Shown here: piece after piece, positions 1 through 7,655 of the stretch | Layout: every line of letters begins with the position of its first letter | How positions within the stretch are numbered: position 1 is the stretch's first letter | The notes under the pieces: generated by a model | Databases searched by the model: none | What the model was told of the DNA's origin: nothing | Seen by the model: the letters and a program-made list of their open reading frames with translations, nothing else | Virus record (IMG/VR): IMGVR_UViG_3300020045_001573 | Coordinates: 1-44,391 of that record | From: a virus | Taxonomy: Duplodnaviria; Caudoviricetes | Reading direction: 5' to 3' (one strand) | Length of the DNA: 44,391 nt | Program-made: the position numbers and the translations under genes

Positions 1-23
1 TTAGCTCAGCAGATGGAATCTGA
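1..23 (+). CDS. C-terminal end of probable major capsid protein (partial)
   Basis: Frame from nt 3 reads SSADGI-stop. A ...DGI C-terminus is typical of DUF2184-type capsids; it is followed by a strong terminator and head-completion genes. Confidence 0.55.
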
Positions 24-44
24 TCTGTAAAAAGATTAAAGAAC

Positions 45-68
45 AAAGGGGCTTCGGCCCCTTTTTTT
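45..68 (+). terminator. Rho-independent terminator
   Basis: AAAGGGGC-TTCG-GCCCCTTT hairpin with C(UUCG)G loop followed by a T run. Confidence 0.9.
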
Positions 69-73
69 GTGTT

Positions 74-101
74 ATGACATTCTGCAAATAAATGTTAAAA
101 T
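74..101 (+). promoter_or_regulatory. putative sigma70 promoter
   Basis: ATGACA-16 nt-TAAAAT with TG extension, upstream of RBS AGGA and ORF 126. Confidence 0.4.
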
Positions 102-125
102 CCAAAAAACCAAATTAGGAAACAC

Positions 126-320
126 ATGAAACTCAAAAACAACTCAGCACGCGGTCACTGGCTTGGCTCGGTGCTTATCGCACCTCTTGAAACTAAGACC
201 GTAGGCGATGAATGGCGTGATGCATACAACCGTGCTGACTTGGAAGAGATTGTTGATAAGGTTGTAGAAGCTGAGCCCGCTAAGCGTGGCCGTCCTGCTA
301 AAGTCGCTGACGCTGAATAA
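126..320 (+). CDS. small capsid-adjacent protein with AT-hook-like KRGRP motif
   Basis: 64 aa, RBS AGGA, position directly after the capsid gene. Confidence 0.7.
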   Translation: MKLKNNSARGHWLGSVLIAPLETKTVGDEWRDAYNRADLEEIVDKVVEAEPAKRGRPAKVADAE

Positions 321-344
321 TTAACCAAAGGTATTGAGGTTTAA

Positions 345-539
345 ATGCAAACTAAAATCGGAAACGAACAACTTATTGCAGGACTTGATTTTTCTGAGCA
401 CGGAATTCAAGACTTTAATTACAATGGCGATGGAACAATAAACTATATTCAGGTAACTATTGAGTCTGACGTTTATAGGCAGACTTTCAGCTATTCAAAT
501 TCAAAAGTTAGTTCTATCTCAAAGTGGATTAAGCAATGA
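345..539 (+). CDS. hypothetical protein
   Basis: 64 aa, RBS GAGG, ATGA-coupled to the next gene. Confidence 0.7.
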   Translation: MQTKIGNEQLIAGLDFSEHGIQDFNYNGDGTINYIQVTIESDVYRQTFSYSNSKVSSISKWIKQ

Positions 540-1297
540 TATCTAAACTTATCAAATATTGGCCAATTATTGGAAGGCAGCTATTATCAAGCGCGTCATC
601 TGGTGTGTCATTGTTGCTTAAACAATCAGCCATTCCTGTAATTATTGCTCCAAACGGAACGGTTGCGGCAAATGGAACAATAACACTTGTTACAGCGCTG
701 CCGACAACTTACACGAGAGCATGGGTTCGCCTGCCTGCTAGTGCTGTAGTTGGTGGCTTAGCTGGCTTGTACTACGCTACCTTCATTAGCACGACTGTGG
801 GCTCCATCAAGACGAACTTCGCGGACGCGGCAAGTTCTTTTACACCGTACATTCCAGAATCTCCCGTAGCCGCCGTAGGCTCAGGAGCTGCCTACACACA
901 AACCACCGCAGCAGATATTACACTGGCAAACATCACAGTACCTGGTGGTTTTATGGGTGCGAATGGGTCTGTTCGTAGTACTCTGGTTTTTGCCAATAAC
1001 AACAGCGCAAATACAAAGACGCTTGCTTATAGGTTTGCCTCAGTTGTAAATATTACAACTTCGCAAACAACAAGCACAGGCGTAAGGACTCAGCTACAAA
1101 CATCCAATCGCGGATCTGAGTCTTTGAACTATACATACCCATCTATCGGATCGTGCTTTGGCCCAACGAGCAACCCACCGCCATATACAACGGTGGATAC
1201 AAGTGCTAATCAAAGCCTGACACTAACCGGTCAACTCGCAGTTGCCACCGATTACGTCATTCTCGAAGGCTTCACAGTTGAGGTGCTTCCAGCATGA
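536..1297 (+). CDS. Thr/Ser/Ala-rich putative virion accessory protein
   Basis: 253 aa with beta-rich composition, located in the head/neck region. Confidence 0.6.
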   Translation: MISKLIKYWPIIGRQLLSSASSGVSLLLKQSAIPVIIAPNGTVAANGTITLVTALPTTYTRAWVRLPASAVVGGLAGLYYATFISTTVGSIKTNFADAASSFTPYIPESPVAAVGSGAAYTQTTAADITLANITVPGGFMGANGSVRSTLVFANNNSANTKTLAYRFASVVNITTSQTTSTGVRTQLQTSNRGSESLNYTYPSIGSCFGPTSNPPPYTTVDTSANQSLTLTGQLAVATDYVILEGFTVEVLPA

Positions 1298-1437
1298 TAT
1301 CCCAACACTTGACTGACGGCCCCGAAGCCATCGCAGCGATTGCCGAGGACGTGCCAAAGAATGTATGGATTCATGGTTCAGTCACTTACGTTTATACAGA
1401 CGATGATTATGTTCCGGTAGTGGAAAACGAAGCATAA
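1294..1437 (+). CDS. small hypothetical protein (47 aa, not in ORF track)
   Basis: ATGA overlap with the previous stop; MISQHLTDGPEAIAAIAEDVPKNVWIHGSVTYVYTDDDYVPVVENEA. Confidence 0.55.
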   Translation: MISQHLTDGPEAIAAIAEDVPKNVWIHGSVTYVYTDDDYVPVVENEA

Positions 1438-1459
1438 ATATCTAAGCAAAGCCAAATAA

Positions 1460-1816
1460 ATGACAGCACTAGAATATTTTCGTTTAGTCGCCCCTGAGTT
1501 TTCCAGCGTAAATGATGCAACGGTAGGCCAGTGGATTACTATTGCCGCACGCTTGGCTGACGTGTCGCGCCTTGATGCTGAGCTAGGAAACATGGCTCTA
1601 GCCCTGTATGCGGCTCACATTCTAAAGCTGTCCACAACGTCATCCAGTGGCGCTAGTGGCTCGGTTAAGATGGAAAAAGAAGGCGACTTACAGCGCAGCT
1701 ACAGCACCGTTAAAGGCGCTGATACCTTGCTTGGGTCTACATCATACGGCCTGCAATACTTGGACGTTACACGGCCTGCATACGGCCTTGGAATCATGAC
1801 GCGAGTGGAAATCTAA
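1460..1816 (+). CDS. head-tail adaptor (DUF4054-like)
   Basis: FRLVAPEF...ALYAAHIL...EGDLQRSY...TSYGLQY motifs plus synteny. Confidence 0.8.
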   Translation: MTALEYFRLVAPEFSSVNDATVGQWITIAARLADVSRLDAELGNMALALYAAHILKLSTTSSSGASGSVKMEKEGDLQRSYSTVKGADTLLGSTSYGLQYLDVTRPAYGLGIMTRVEI

Positions 1817-2274
1817 TGGCTAAAGTTATCGACCGTGATCTAGGGTGGCAAGCTATTAAGCGTGAAATGCTTAAGGCTAAAACGCTTGAGGTTGCGGTTG
1901 GTATCTTGGAGGGTGCCAAGAATGGCGAAGGCGCTTCGATAGCTGAATACGCCACGTACAACGAATTCGGGACTGACAAGATTCCTGAGCGCCCGTTTAT
2001 GCGTACAGCGTTTGACGAATCAAAGGCGAAGATTAGCCAAGACATGAACCGCGAAGGTAAGCGCATGGCTATGGGTCAGGTAACGGCGCAGAATGCTCTA
2101 ACTGTAATTGGCCAGCGTCACGCATCACGGATTCAGAACGTAATCACTGGACGGGACTTTTTACCAAGACTTTCACCGCAAACGGTCAAGGCTAAAAAAG
2201 GCAGTGAAAAAACTTTGGTCGATACCGGTGCTATGGTAAATGCCGTTCAAATTTCAGTAAGGGCTAGAACGTGA
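1816..2274 (+). CDS. neck/virion morphogenesis protein
   Basis: YNEFGT..IPERPFMR and KKGSEKTLVDTGAM motifs. Confidence 0.8.
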   Translation: MAKVIDRDLGWQAIKREMLKAKTLEVAVGILEGAKNGEGASIAEYATYNEFGTDKIPERPFMRTAFDESKAKISQDMNREGKRMAMGQVTAQNALTVIGQRHASRIQNVITGRDFLPRLSPQTVKAKKGSEKTLVDTGAMVNAVQISVRART

Positions 2275-2657
2275 GTTTTCGACAACCTTTTGACGTATTG
2301 CACGAAGCCGCTGGATCATATGTGTCTGGCGTCTTTGTGCCGGGTGCTAAGTCGGCCACTACGATACAGGCAAGCGTCCAGCCAGTGACTGAGCAAGACT
2401 TAATCACGGCTCCAGAAGGCCGACGCATTAGTGACATGGTGAAGATTTACACCGACATTGATTTACAGGTCGGCAATGATGGCACCGGCCTACAGCCTGA
2501 CCTAGTGGTATGGCGTGGCTATGCTTACGAGATTAGTTCGGTGTCAGTGCGTCAAATGGGCGTTATCAGCCATTACAAGATTTTTGCAATTAGACGCATG
2601 GCAGCGCCAGCGGATTACGCGGCTGCATGGGTCGCCGGTACACTTACACGAGGTTAA
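2271..2657 (+). CDS. head-closure (stopper) protein
   Basis: GTG start overlapping the previous stop; ASVQP...PEGRR...KIYT...DLVVWRG pattern. Confidence 0.7.
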   Translation: MSFRQPFDVLHEAAGSYVSGVFVPGAKSATTIQASVQPVTEQDLITAPEGRRISDMVKIYTDIDLQVGNDGTGLQPDLVVWRGYAYEISSVSVRQMGVISHYKIFAIRRMAAPADYAAAWVAGTLTRG

Positions 2658-2660
2658 TAA

Positions 2661-3284
2661 ATGGCATCTAATATCAATGTAGCTATCCCGCCACTTGGCA
2701 CCCCTACTACAGCGGGTGTTCGTGGAAACTTCTCAGTGGCAAAGACTGAGATTGAAGCTTTGCAACTTGCACGCGTGCTTCGCTTGGCCTACCGTAACGA
2801 GATCACCGAAGGCTTCCAACAATGCACCACCTCAGACGTGGCTCAGGTTGTCACGTTTAACACCGAGATTTTCAACCACCCTGCCGGGTCGTTTACATGG
2901 GACTCTCTCAATAGCGAGATCATTATCAATGAACCAGGCTGGTACGCTTGGCAGGTTAACTTACACATCACGCGGAAGGTGGCGACAAGCAATGTGAACT
3001 GGTCAATCTGGAGTCAGGTTAAAGAGCCGCCAGCGGTTGTATTTTCCAACTATGTCGGAGCTGGTCGTAGTATGACTTTGATTCCTGACGCCACCAATAA
3101 TAAGCACTTCCTGAGCTTTGGTTTCGACGTACATACGCCGGTCGCAGGTACTCGCATTCGCTTCATGCAAGCCACTTCTGACGCATCAAAGCAAGTCGGA
3201 ATTATCAGCTACCCAGCTACGGGCATTTATCCGTCGATGGCCGGTATCATGATGAGCATTCACCGACTGAGTGTTGAGGAATGA
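2661..3284 (+). CDS. putative neck fibre/virion protein with C1q/BclA-like C-terminal domain
   Basis: N-terminal short coiled coil (NFSVAKTEIEALQ), then a VTFNT...FTW...IIINEPGWY jelly-roll-like pattern. Confidence 0.5.
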   Translation: MASNINVAIPPLGTPTTAGVRGNFSVAKTEIEALQLARVLRLAYRNEITEGFQQCTTSDVAQVVTFNTEIFNHPAGSFTWDSLNSEIIINEPGWYAWQVNLHITRKVATSNVNWSIWSQVKEPPAVVFSNYVGAGRSMTLIPDATNNKHFLSFGFDVHTPVAGTRIRFMQATSDASKQVGIISYPATGIYPSMAGIMMSIHRLSVEE

Positions 3285-3817
3285 ACGTAGCAACGCTTAA
3301 AACGCGCCTTTACGCGCTGTTACAGCCTATCATAGGCGGCACTGTCATTTGGGCAGATCAGAGCGTTACGCGCCCTGCATTGCCGTTTAGCACGCTGCGC
3401 TTTGGTGTGATTAATCCAATTGGCGAGCCTCACTACAGTGATGTTGACGCGGGCGGTATTCAAACCGTCTTAGCCGTGCGTGAGTCAATCCTGACTGTGC
3501 AGCGTTTTGGCGTTGACTCAGTGGCCGCGCTGGAAAACGCTTCGGACTCACTGGCCAAGAATTCAAACTTGGATAAATTCAGCGTGCAAAGCATTTCGGC
3601 TTTTGACGTTTCAAGCGTTACCGATATTGCAGCCTTGCTAAATGGAATTTCCATCGAGCCTCGTGCCATGTTTGAATTGTCATTGCGCTGGATGGCAGAC
3701 TTGACTGATAACGTTGGAGTGATTGAGACTGTGATTAGTAACGGCGAAATTGCAGCCGTTAATACAGCCTTAAACGAGACTTACGTGCTAAGTTCAACTG
3801 TAGATACTACGCCATAA
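3281..3817 (+). CDS. tail terminator/completion protein
   Basis: VIWADQS..RPALPF motif; last neck gene before the sheath. Confidence 0.75.
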   Translation: MNVATLKTRLYALLQPIIGGTVIWADQSVTRPALPFSTLRFGVINPIGEPHYSDVDAGGIQTVLAVRESILTVQRFGVDSVAALENASDSLAKNSNLDKFSVQSISAFDVSSVTDIAALLNGISIEPRAMFELSLRWMADLTDNVGVIETVISNGEIAAVNTALNETYVLSSTVDTTP

Positions 3818-3846
3818 TAAAAGCCCCGTAATGGGGGTCTTTTGTT
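3818..3846. terminator. bidirectional terminator between convergent genes
   Basis: AAAAGCCCC-GTAAT-GGGGGTCTTTT between the stops at 3817 (+) and 3845 (-). Confidence 0.65.
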
Positions 3847-4090
3847 ATTCTCCGGAGCCGTAGCCGTATCCATCGCCGTAGCCGGAGCCTGAGCCGTCGC
3901 CATCGCCGTAGCAGGAGCCGTATCCGTCGCCGTATCCATCGCCGGAGCCGGAGCCGTATCCATCGCCGGAGCCGGAGCCTGAGCCGTCTCCGGAGCCGTA
4001 GCCGGAGCCGGAGCCGTAGCCAGAGCCTGAGCCGTCTCCGGAGCCGGAGCCGGAGCCGTATCCGTCTGTGAATTTCTTATTTGAAGCCAT
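3845..4090 (-). CDS. Gly-X dipeptide repeat protein (G-S/D/Y)
   Basis: About 70 residues of GSG/GDG/GYG repeats; start overlaps the end of the upstream gene. Confidence 0.65.
   Translation of the reverse strand: MASNKKFTDGYGSGSGSGDGSGSGYGSGSGYGSGDGSGSGSGDGYGSGSGDGYGDGYGSCYGDGDGSGSGYGDGYGYGSGE
3851..4064. repeat. degenerate 6-bp tandem repeat (GCCGGA/GCCGTA/GCCGTC/TCCATC) encoding Gly-X
   Basis: directly visible hexamer periodicity. Confidence 0.9.
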
Positions 4091-4439
4091 CAATAGACTC
4101 TCGCGCTTTTGAGCTGCATGGGATTAGTTCACAAACACCAGTTAGTGCAATCTCTGGATTAAGCGTATCGACTTTTCCTTCTGACTTCAATCCATTCTGA
4201 GCGACGCCTGACAACGCAACACCGTCTTTTGCTTTCCAGCTCCAAAGGCGGCGCGAGTCTTTCAGAATTACATTATCACTGTCAACACTCACAACTTCTC
4301 CAGCGTGAACCCCTGCCGAATAGCATCGAGCAATGACGTACTTTCCTACAAATGGATGCGGTTTTGATTCTTGCTGAGTTGCTCCAAACATGGAAGCAAT
4401 TTGTTTAAGTTGACCGTAGGTCATATCGTCGATGTTCAT
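4077..4439 (-). CDS. DUF6948-like phage protein
   Basis: GKYVIARCYSAGVHAG...SRRLWSW...LSGVAQNG motif; RBS AAGGA. Confidence 0.7.
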   Translation of the reverse strand: MNIDDMTYGQLKQIASMFGATQQESKPHPFVGKYVIARCYSAGVHAGEVVSVDSDNVILKDSRRLWSWKAKDGVALSGVAQNGLKSEGKVDTLNPEIALTGVCELIPCSSKARESIDGFK

Positions 4440-4520
4440 ATTTTTCCTTTTGTTGAATCCAAGATTTGATGGTGAATCATAACTCTTTTGAGCTACATTT
4501 TTTGCACTTGTGAAAGTTTT

Positions 4521-4829
4521 TTATTGGCCTGTTGCTTTGGCTATGGCTTGTTCAGAATCTGAAATTGCTTTACGCAATGCGGATGACTGCCACCCCTCTC
4601 CATAAGGCCCATCATCTTCAAATCTATCTGCGAATGGAAGTAATCCTCGCAAAGCCTCAAGCAAGTCTGTCGCAGAGGAGATTAGTATGGCGTTTGCAAA
4701 ATCATATTTTGTTGATTCTATGAAATAACATATTATTTTCCCCTCTGCAATAATTTTAGTTTCCATCATAAAATCAAGAGGTGATTCATCGCAATCGATA
4801 AACCACGGACCAGGCGTATGATTATTCAT
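4521..4829 (-). CDS. HTPGPW-family hypothetical protein (paralog 2)
   Basis: HTPGPW...ANAILISSATDLLEAL...AIAKATG. Confidence 0.75.
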   Translation of the reverse strand: MNNHTPGPWFIDCDESPLDFMMETKIIAEGKIICYFIESTKYDFANAILISSATDLLEALRGLLPFADRFEDDGPYGEGWQSSALRKAISDSEQAIAKATGQ

Positions 4830-5089
4830 GAATTAACTCCTATTGCTTTAGCGATTAATTTCCTGTATCTATTGCTATTACCTCCAAGTTTGTCAATGTA
4901 ATTGCTTGCTGCTTCAAGATATGTAAGCAAGTCTGTCGCTGCTGCGATTAATTTTGCATTAGCTTCTTCTTCTGAACCAAGACCGCCAGTTGTTTCTGCA
5001 ATAAAAAGTTTCCCCGCCTTTATTTCAAAATTACCTATAGAGCTTTTAAATTGTAAGTACTTCCAAGGCCCCGGAGTATGCGCACTCAT
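4826..5089 (-). CDS. HTPGPW-family hypothetical protein (paralog 1)
   Basis: MSAHTPGPW...ANAKLIAAATDLL...IAKAIG; ATGA coupling at both ends. Confidence 0.75.
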   Translation of the reverse strand: MSAHTPGPWKYLQFKSSIGNFEIKAGKLFIAETTGGLGSEEEANAKLIAAATDLLTYLEAASNYIDKLGGNSNRYRKLIAKAIGVNS

Positions 5090-5331
5090 TGGTTCACCCA
5101 CTCAATAGAATCAGTAGTAACCCAGCCCTGTTCGACTAGATCAATCGCCAGCATCTTGTTTGCCTTAAACATGAAGTACATGGCGGCAAAATTCCAAGTG
5201 AAAAAGCAAATAGCTGCCGGGCCGTATTGCTTGCGAACCAGTAGCGCCATGAAGCCAAAGAAAAAAACCGTCCAGCTAAAGCCGTTTTTGATTTCTTTTT
5301 TAATACCGTTTTTTGTGAATGTTGTGTGCAT
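5086..5331 (-). CDS. small membrane protein (DUF2628/HrgC-like)
   Basis: GFSWTVFFFG motif and two hydrophobic segments. Confidence 0.65.
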   Translation of the reverse strand: MHTTFTKNGIKKEIKNGFSWTVFFFGFMALLVRKQYGPAAICFFTWNFAAMYFMFKANKMLAIDLVEQGWVTTDSIEWVNQ

Positions 5332-5339
5332 GATGCGTC

Positions 5340-5555
5340 CTAGTTGTTGAAAAGTGAAATGCGTTGAGAAAGCAGGTTTGAATACAAATACATAACCTCA
5401 AGCTGGTTTTCTAATGTTAACCTTTCTATTAGTGGTAAATCATCAAAAATATCTTCAGCGGTAAAGTTCTCAAGTTTTCTAATTTTTACCAAGAGTTCTT
5501 TTTGCTCATCAACAACACGTTGCTGATGTGGTTGAAGTTTTGATGTATTTGTCAT
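5340..5555 (-). CDS. coiled-coil phage protein (crAss001_48-like)
   Basis: PHQQRVVDE..EL..KI.KL..F...Q...M..Y...L..RI pattern. Confidence 0.65.
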   Translation of the reverse strand: MTNTSKLQPHQQRVVDEQKELLVKIRKLENFTAEDIFDDLPLIERLTLENQLEVMYLYSNLLSQRISLFNN

Positions 5556-5560
5556 GATGT

Positions 5561-5668
5561 TTACCAAAATTTAATAATGAAGTGAATGGATGCGTAAAGT
5601 CCGAAAATTACGACTGTTAAAGCAAGCAAAATAACGATTTCAATTGCGGTGATTCCTTTTTGTTTCAT
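5561..5668 (-). CDS. 35-aa type IV prepilin-like membrane peptide (not in ORF track)
   Basis: MKQKG|ITAIEIVILLALTVVIFGLYASIHFIIKFW: basic leader, Gly-1, Glu+5, one TM helix; ATGA-coupled to the upstream gene. Confidence 0.65.
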   Translation of the reverse strand: MKQKGITAIEIVILLALTVVIFGLYASIHFIIKFW

Positions 5669-5847
5669 GGTGTTTCGTGCATGTTTCTCAATGCGTTATA
5701 AATTACTGTTGACAATCCAGTCCATGATGAATGGTTGCATACAGTCTTAATCTCAATATGTGACCCTCCTTCGTCAAACATATCAATCACGGCCAGTAGC
5801 TCTGTGCCGTCGTAAATCTCGTATTTAACTGGGGTTGCGGTGATCAT
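5665..5847 (-). CDS. hypothetical protein
   Basis: 60 aa, ATGA-coupled on both sides. Confidence 0.65.
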   Translation of the reverse strand: MITATPVKYEIYDGTELLAVIDMFDEGGSHIEIKTVCNHSSWTGLSTVIYNALRNMHETP

Positions 5848-6155
5848 GGTTTTGTCTCCAGTCCGAAGATATATGCTTCAAGTTCTTCACGGGCTTCAAA
5901 CATTGCGCTTGCACTTTTAGGGCTGTCACAACAGATCATGTAGCGATCTCTCTGTAGCTCCAGTAACTTGTCGATCAGTTCGTCGGCCTTGGAGCTAATC
6001 ATTGGTAAAGGTTTTACTCGGTACTGAACATCATCGAACCAACCGGGGATTCCTGTAGGTTGCCAGTTGCTTTCAGCGTCTCGGCACTCAATCTCTGCTC
6101 CATCAGCCCATGCCTTGATGGTCTCAGCGTGTTTATGTGGTGTTTTCATATTCAT
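5844..6155 (-). CDS. hypothetical phage protein
   Basis: PHKHAETIKAWADGAEIE...P.W....QYRVKP motif common in proteobacterial phages; RBS AAGGA. Confidence 0.7.
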   Translation of the reverse strand: MNMKTPHKHAETIKAWADGAEIECRDAESNWQPTGIPGWFDDVQYRVKPLPMISSKADELIDKLLELQRDRYMICCDSPKSASAMFEAREELEAYIFGLETKP

Positions 6156-6175
6156 CCTTTGTTTATTGAGACTTC

Positions 6176-6187
6176 AGTGTAGCACAG
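6176..6187 (-). promoter_or_regulatory. extended -10 promoter driving the antisense island
   Basis: - strand TGTGCTACACT; the same motif recurs upstream of other - strand gene blocks. Confidence 0.6.
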
Positions 6188-6230
6188 CAAAACCAGCACA
6201 ACACAATCTTTTTTCAACTATTTTCACATT

Positions 6231-6259
6231 TTGACATTGAATACACCGGGCTTTATAAT
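6231..6259 (+). promoter_or_regulatory. consensus sigma70 promoter for the tail operon
   Basis: perfect TTGACA-17 nt-TATAAT. Confidence 0.85.
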
Positions 6260-6313
6260 CCGTCAAGCCATTGTGGCTACTTTTTGCAAAGAGTTTTTTA
6301 TAAAGGAGCCTTC

Positions 6314-7645
6314 ATGGCGACACTTTCAGATATTGTTAACGTGAGCATTTCGCTCAATACAACCGGCGTTGAGCGGGCCGATTTCGGGACGCCTATGATT
6401 GTCGGCCCGACAATGGCATTCGCAGCCCGTGTGCAGTCGTACACACGCTATGACGATGCCGTGCTGGCTGGACTGCCAGACCCAATGCTAAAGGCTGTGC
6501 AAGCGGCATTCTCGCAAACACCGCACCCGCGTCAGGTCAAGGTCGGTCGCCGCAAGGTCGGCACTGCCATTGTCAATATCGTGGCTGCTAACCTGACGAC
6601 CTACACGATCACGGTCGCCGGTACTTCGCCCGAGGTTTACACGTTCACCAGTGATGCAAGCGCCACCGCTGCAGAAATCGCTACTGGCTTGGCTTTGGCC
6701 ATCACGTCTGACGCAAACGAAACCCTGACCGCTACCGTGGTTGGTGATACCGTTTCGCTGGCTTGGATTAGTCAATCTAACCTGCAAGGCGTTACGCTGG
6801 GCTCTAACCTGTCTTGGGGTGCATTCACTACCGTGGATAGCGTGGCCCTTGATATGGCCGCTATTGTGCTTGAGGACAATGCTTGGTATGGCTTGATTAG
6901 CTCTGACCGTACAAAACAGGTACAGCTTGATTTTGCTGCGTGGACTGAAACGCAAGAAAAGCTGTTTGGCATGGCCAGCGATGAAGCGGCCATTCTTACC
7001 AATGGCGTAGCCACTGACGTGATTAGCGTGATGAAAGATACCCGCTACTACCGCACTTACGCGGCCTATAGTGCTAACGCTGCAACCCAGTACCCTGATG
7101 CGGCTTGGATGTCGGCGGTGTTCCCGTTGCAACCCGGTTCTGAGACTTGGGCATTGAAGAAGCTCGGTGGCGTTACACCTGACAAGCTGCCAGCTACAGA
7201 CCGTAATACGGTGCTTGGTAAGGGCGGCAATACTTTCGAGTATTACCAGACCCAGATCGCGCTTACCAATCCCGGTAAAGTGGCGGCTGGAGAATGGATT
7301 GACGTTATCCGAGGTCGTGACTGGCTGAAGGATTTGATTCAGACTAATATGGTCATGATGATGATTAATCGCGCAAAAGTCCCATATACTGACGCGGGTA
7401 TTCAACTTTGCGTCACTAACCTGCGTAAGTCTTTGCAGCAAGGCGTGAGCGTTGGTTATATCGCACCTGATGAGATTGATGCCGATGGCAATACCGTGCC
7501 AGGCTTTGTTATCACTGCGCCTATCTCTTCTGAGATTGACCCATTGGTTAAGGCTTCCCGCGTGCTGACATTGGACTTTTCAGCCCGGTTGGCTGGGGCC
7601 GTGCATGTGGTTCAAATTAATGGTGCTGTAGGTTACGAGATTTAA
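6314..7645 (+). CDS. tail sheath protein (DUF3383 family)
   Basis: MATLSDIVNVSIS...FSQTPHP...KLGGV...GEWIDVIRGRDWL...KVPYTDAG...LAGAVH; RBS AAGGAG at 6303. Confidence 0.9.
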   Translation: MATLSDIVNVSISLNTTGVERADFGTPMIVGPTMAFAARVQSYTRYDDAVLAGLPDPMLKAVQAAFSQTPHPRQVKVGRRKVGTAIVNIVAANLTTYTITVAGTSPEVYTFTSDASATAAEIATGLALAITSDANETLTATVVGDTVSLAWISQSNLQGVTLGSNLSWGAFTTVDSVALDMAAIVLEDNAWYGLISSDRTKQVQLDFAAWTETQEKLFGMASDEAAILTNGVATDVISVMKDTRYYRTYAAYSANAATQYPDAAWMSAVFPLQPGSETWALKKLGGVTPDKLPATDRNTVLGKGGNTFEYYQTQIALTNPGKVAAGEWIDVIRGRDWLKDLIQTNMVMMMINRAKVPYTDAGIQLCVTNLRKSLQQGVSVGYIAPDEIDADGNTVPGFVITAPISSEIDPLVKASRVLTLDFSARLAGAVHVVQINGAVGYEI

Positions 7646-7655
7646 GGAATAAAAA

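Noticed and set aside
3851-4064. Tandem repeat as a CRISPR array or non-coding satellite
   Set aside because: 6-bp periodicity with no unique spacers; explained by the Gly-X coding frame on the - strand
6488-7441. 317-aa antisense ORF and other long shadow ORFs (e.g. 7987-8472, 37989-38441, 39039-39518, 42797-44363)
   Set aside because: They lie opposite well-supported genes, lack RBS and motifs, and are expected from codon bias
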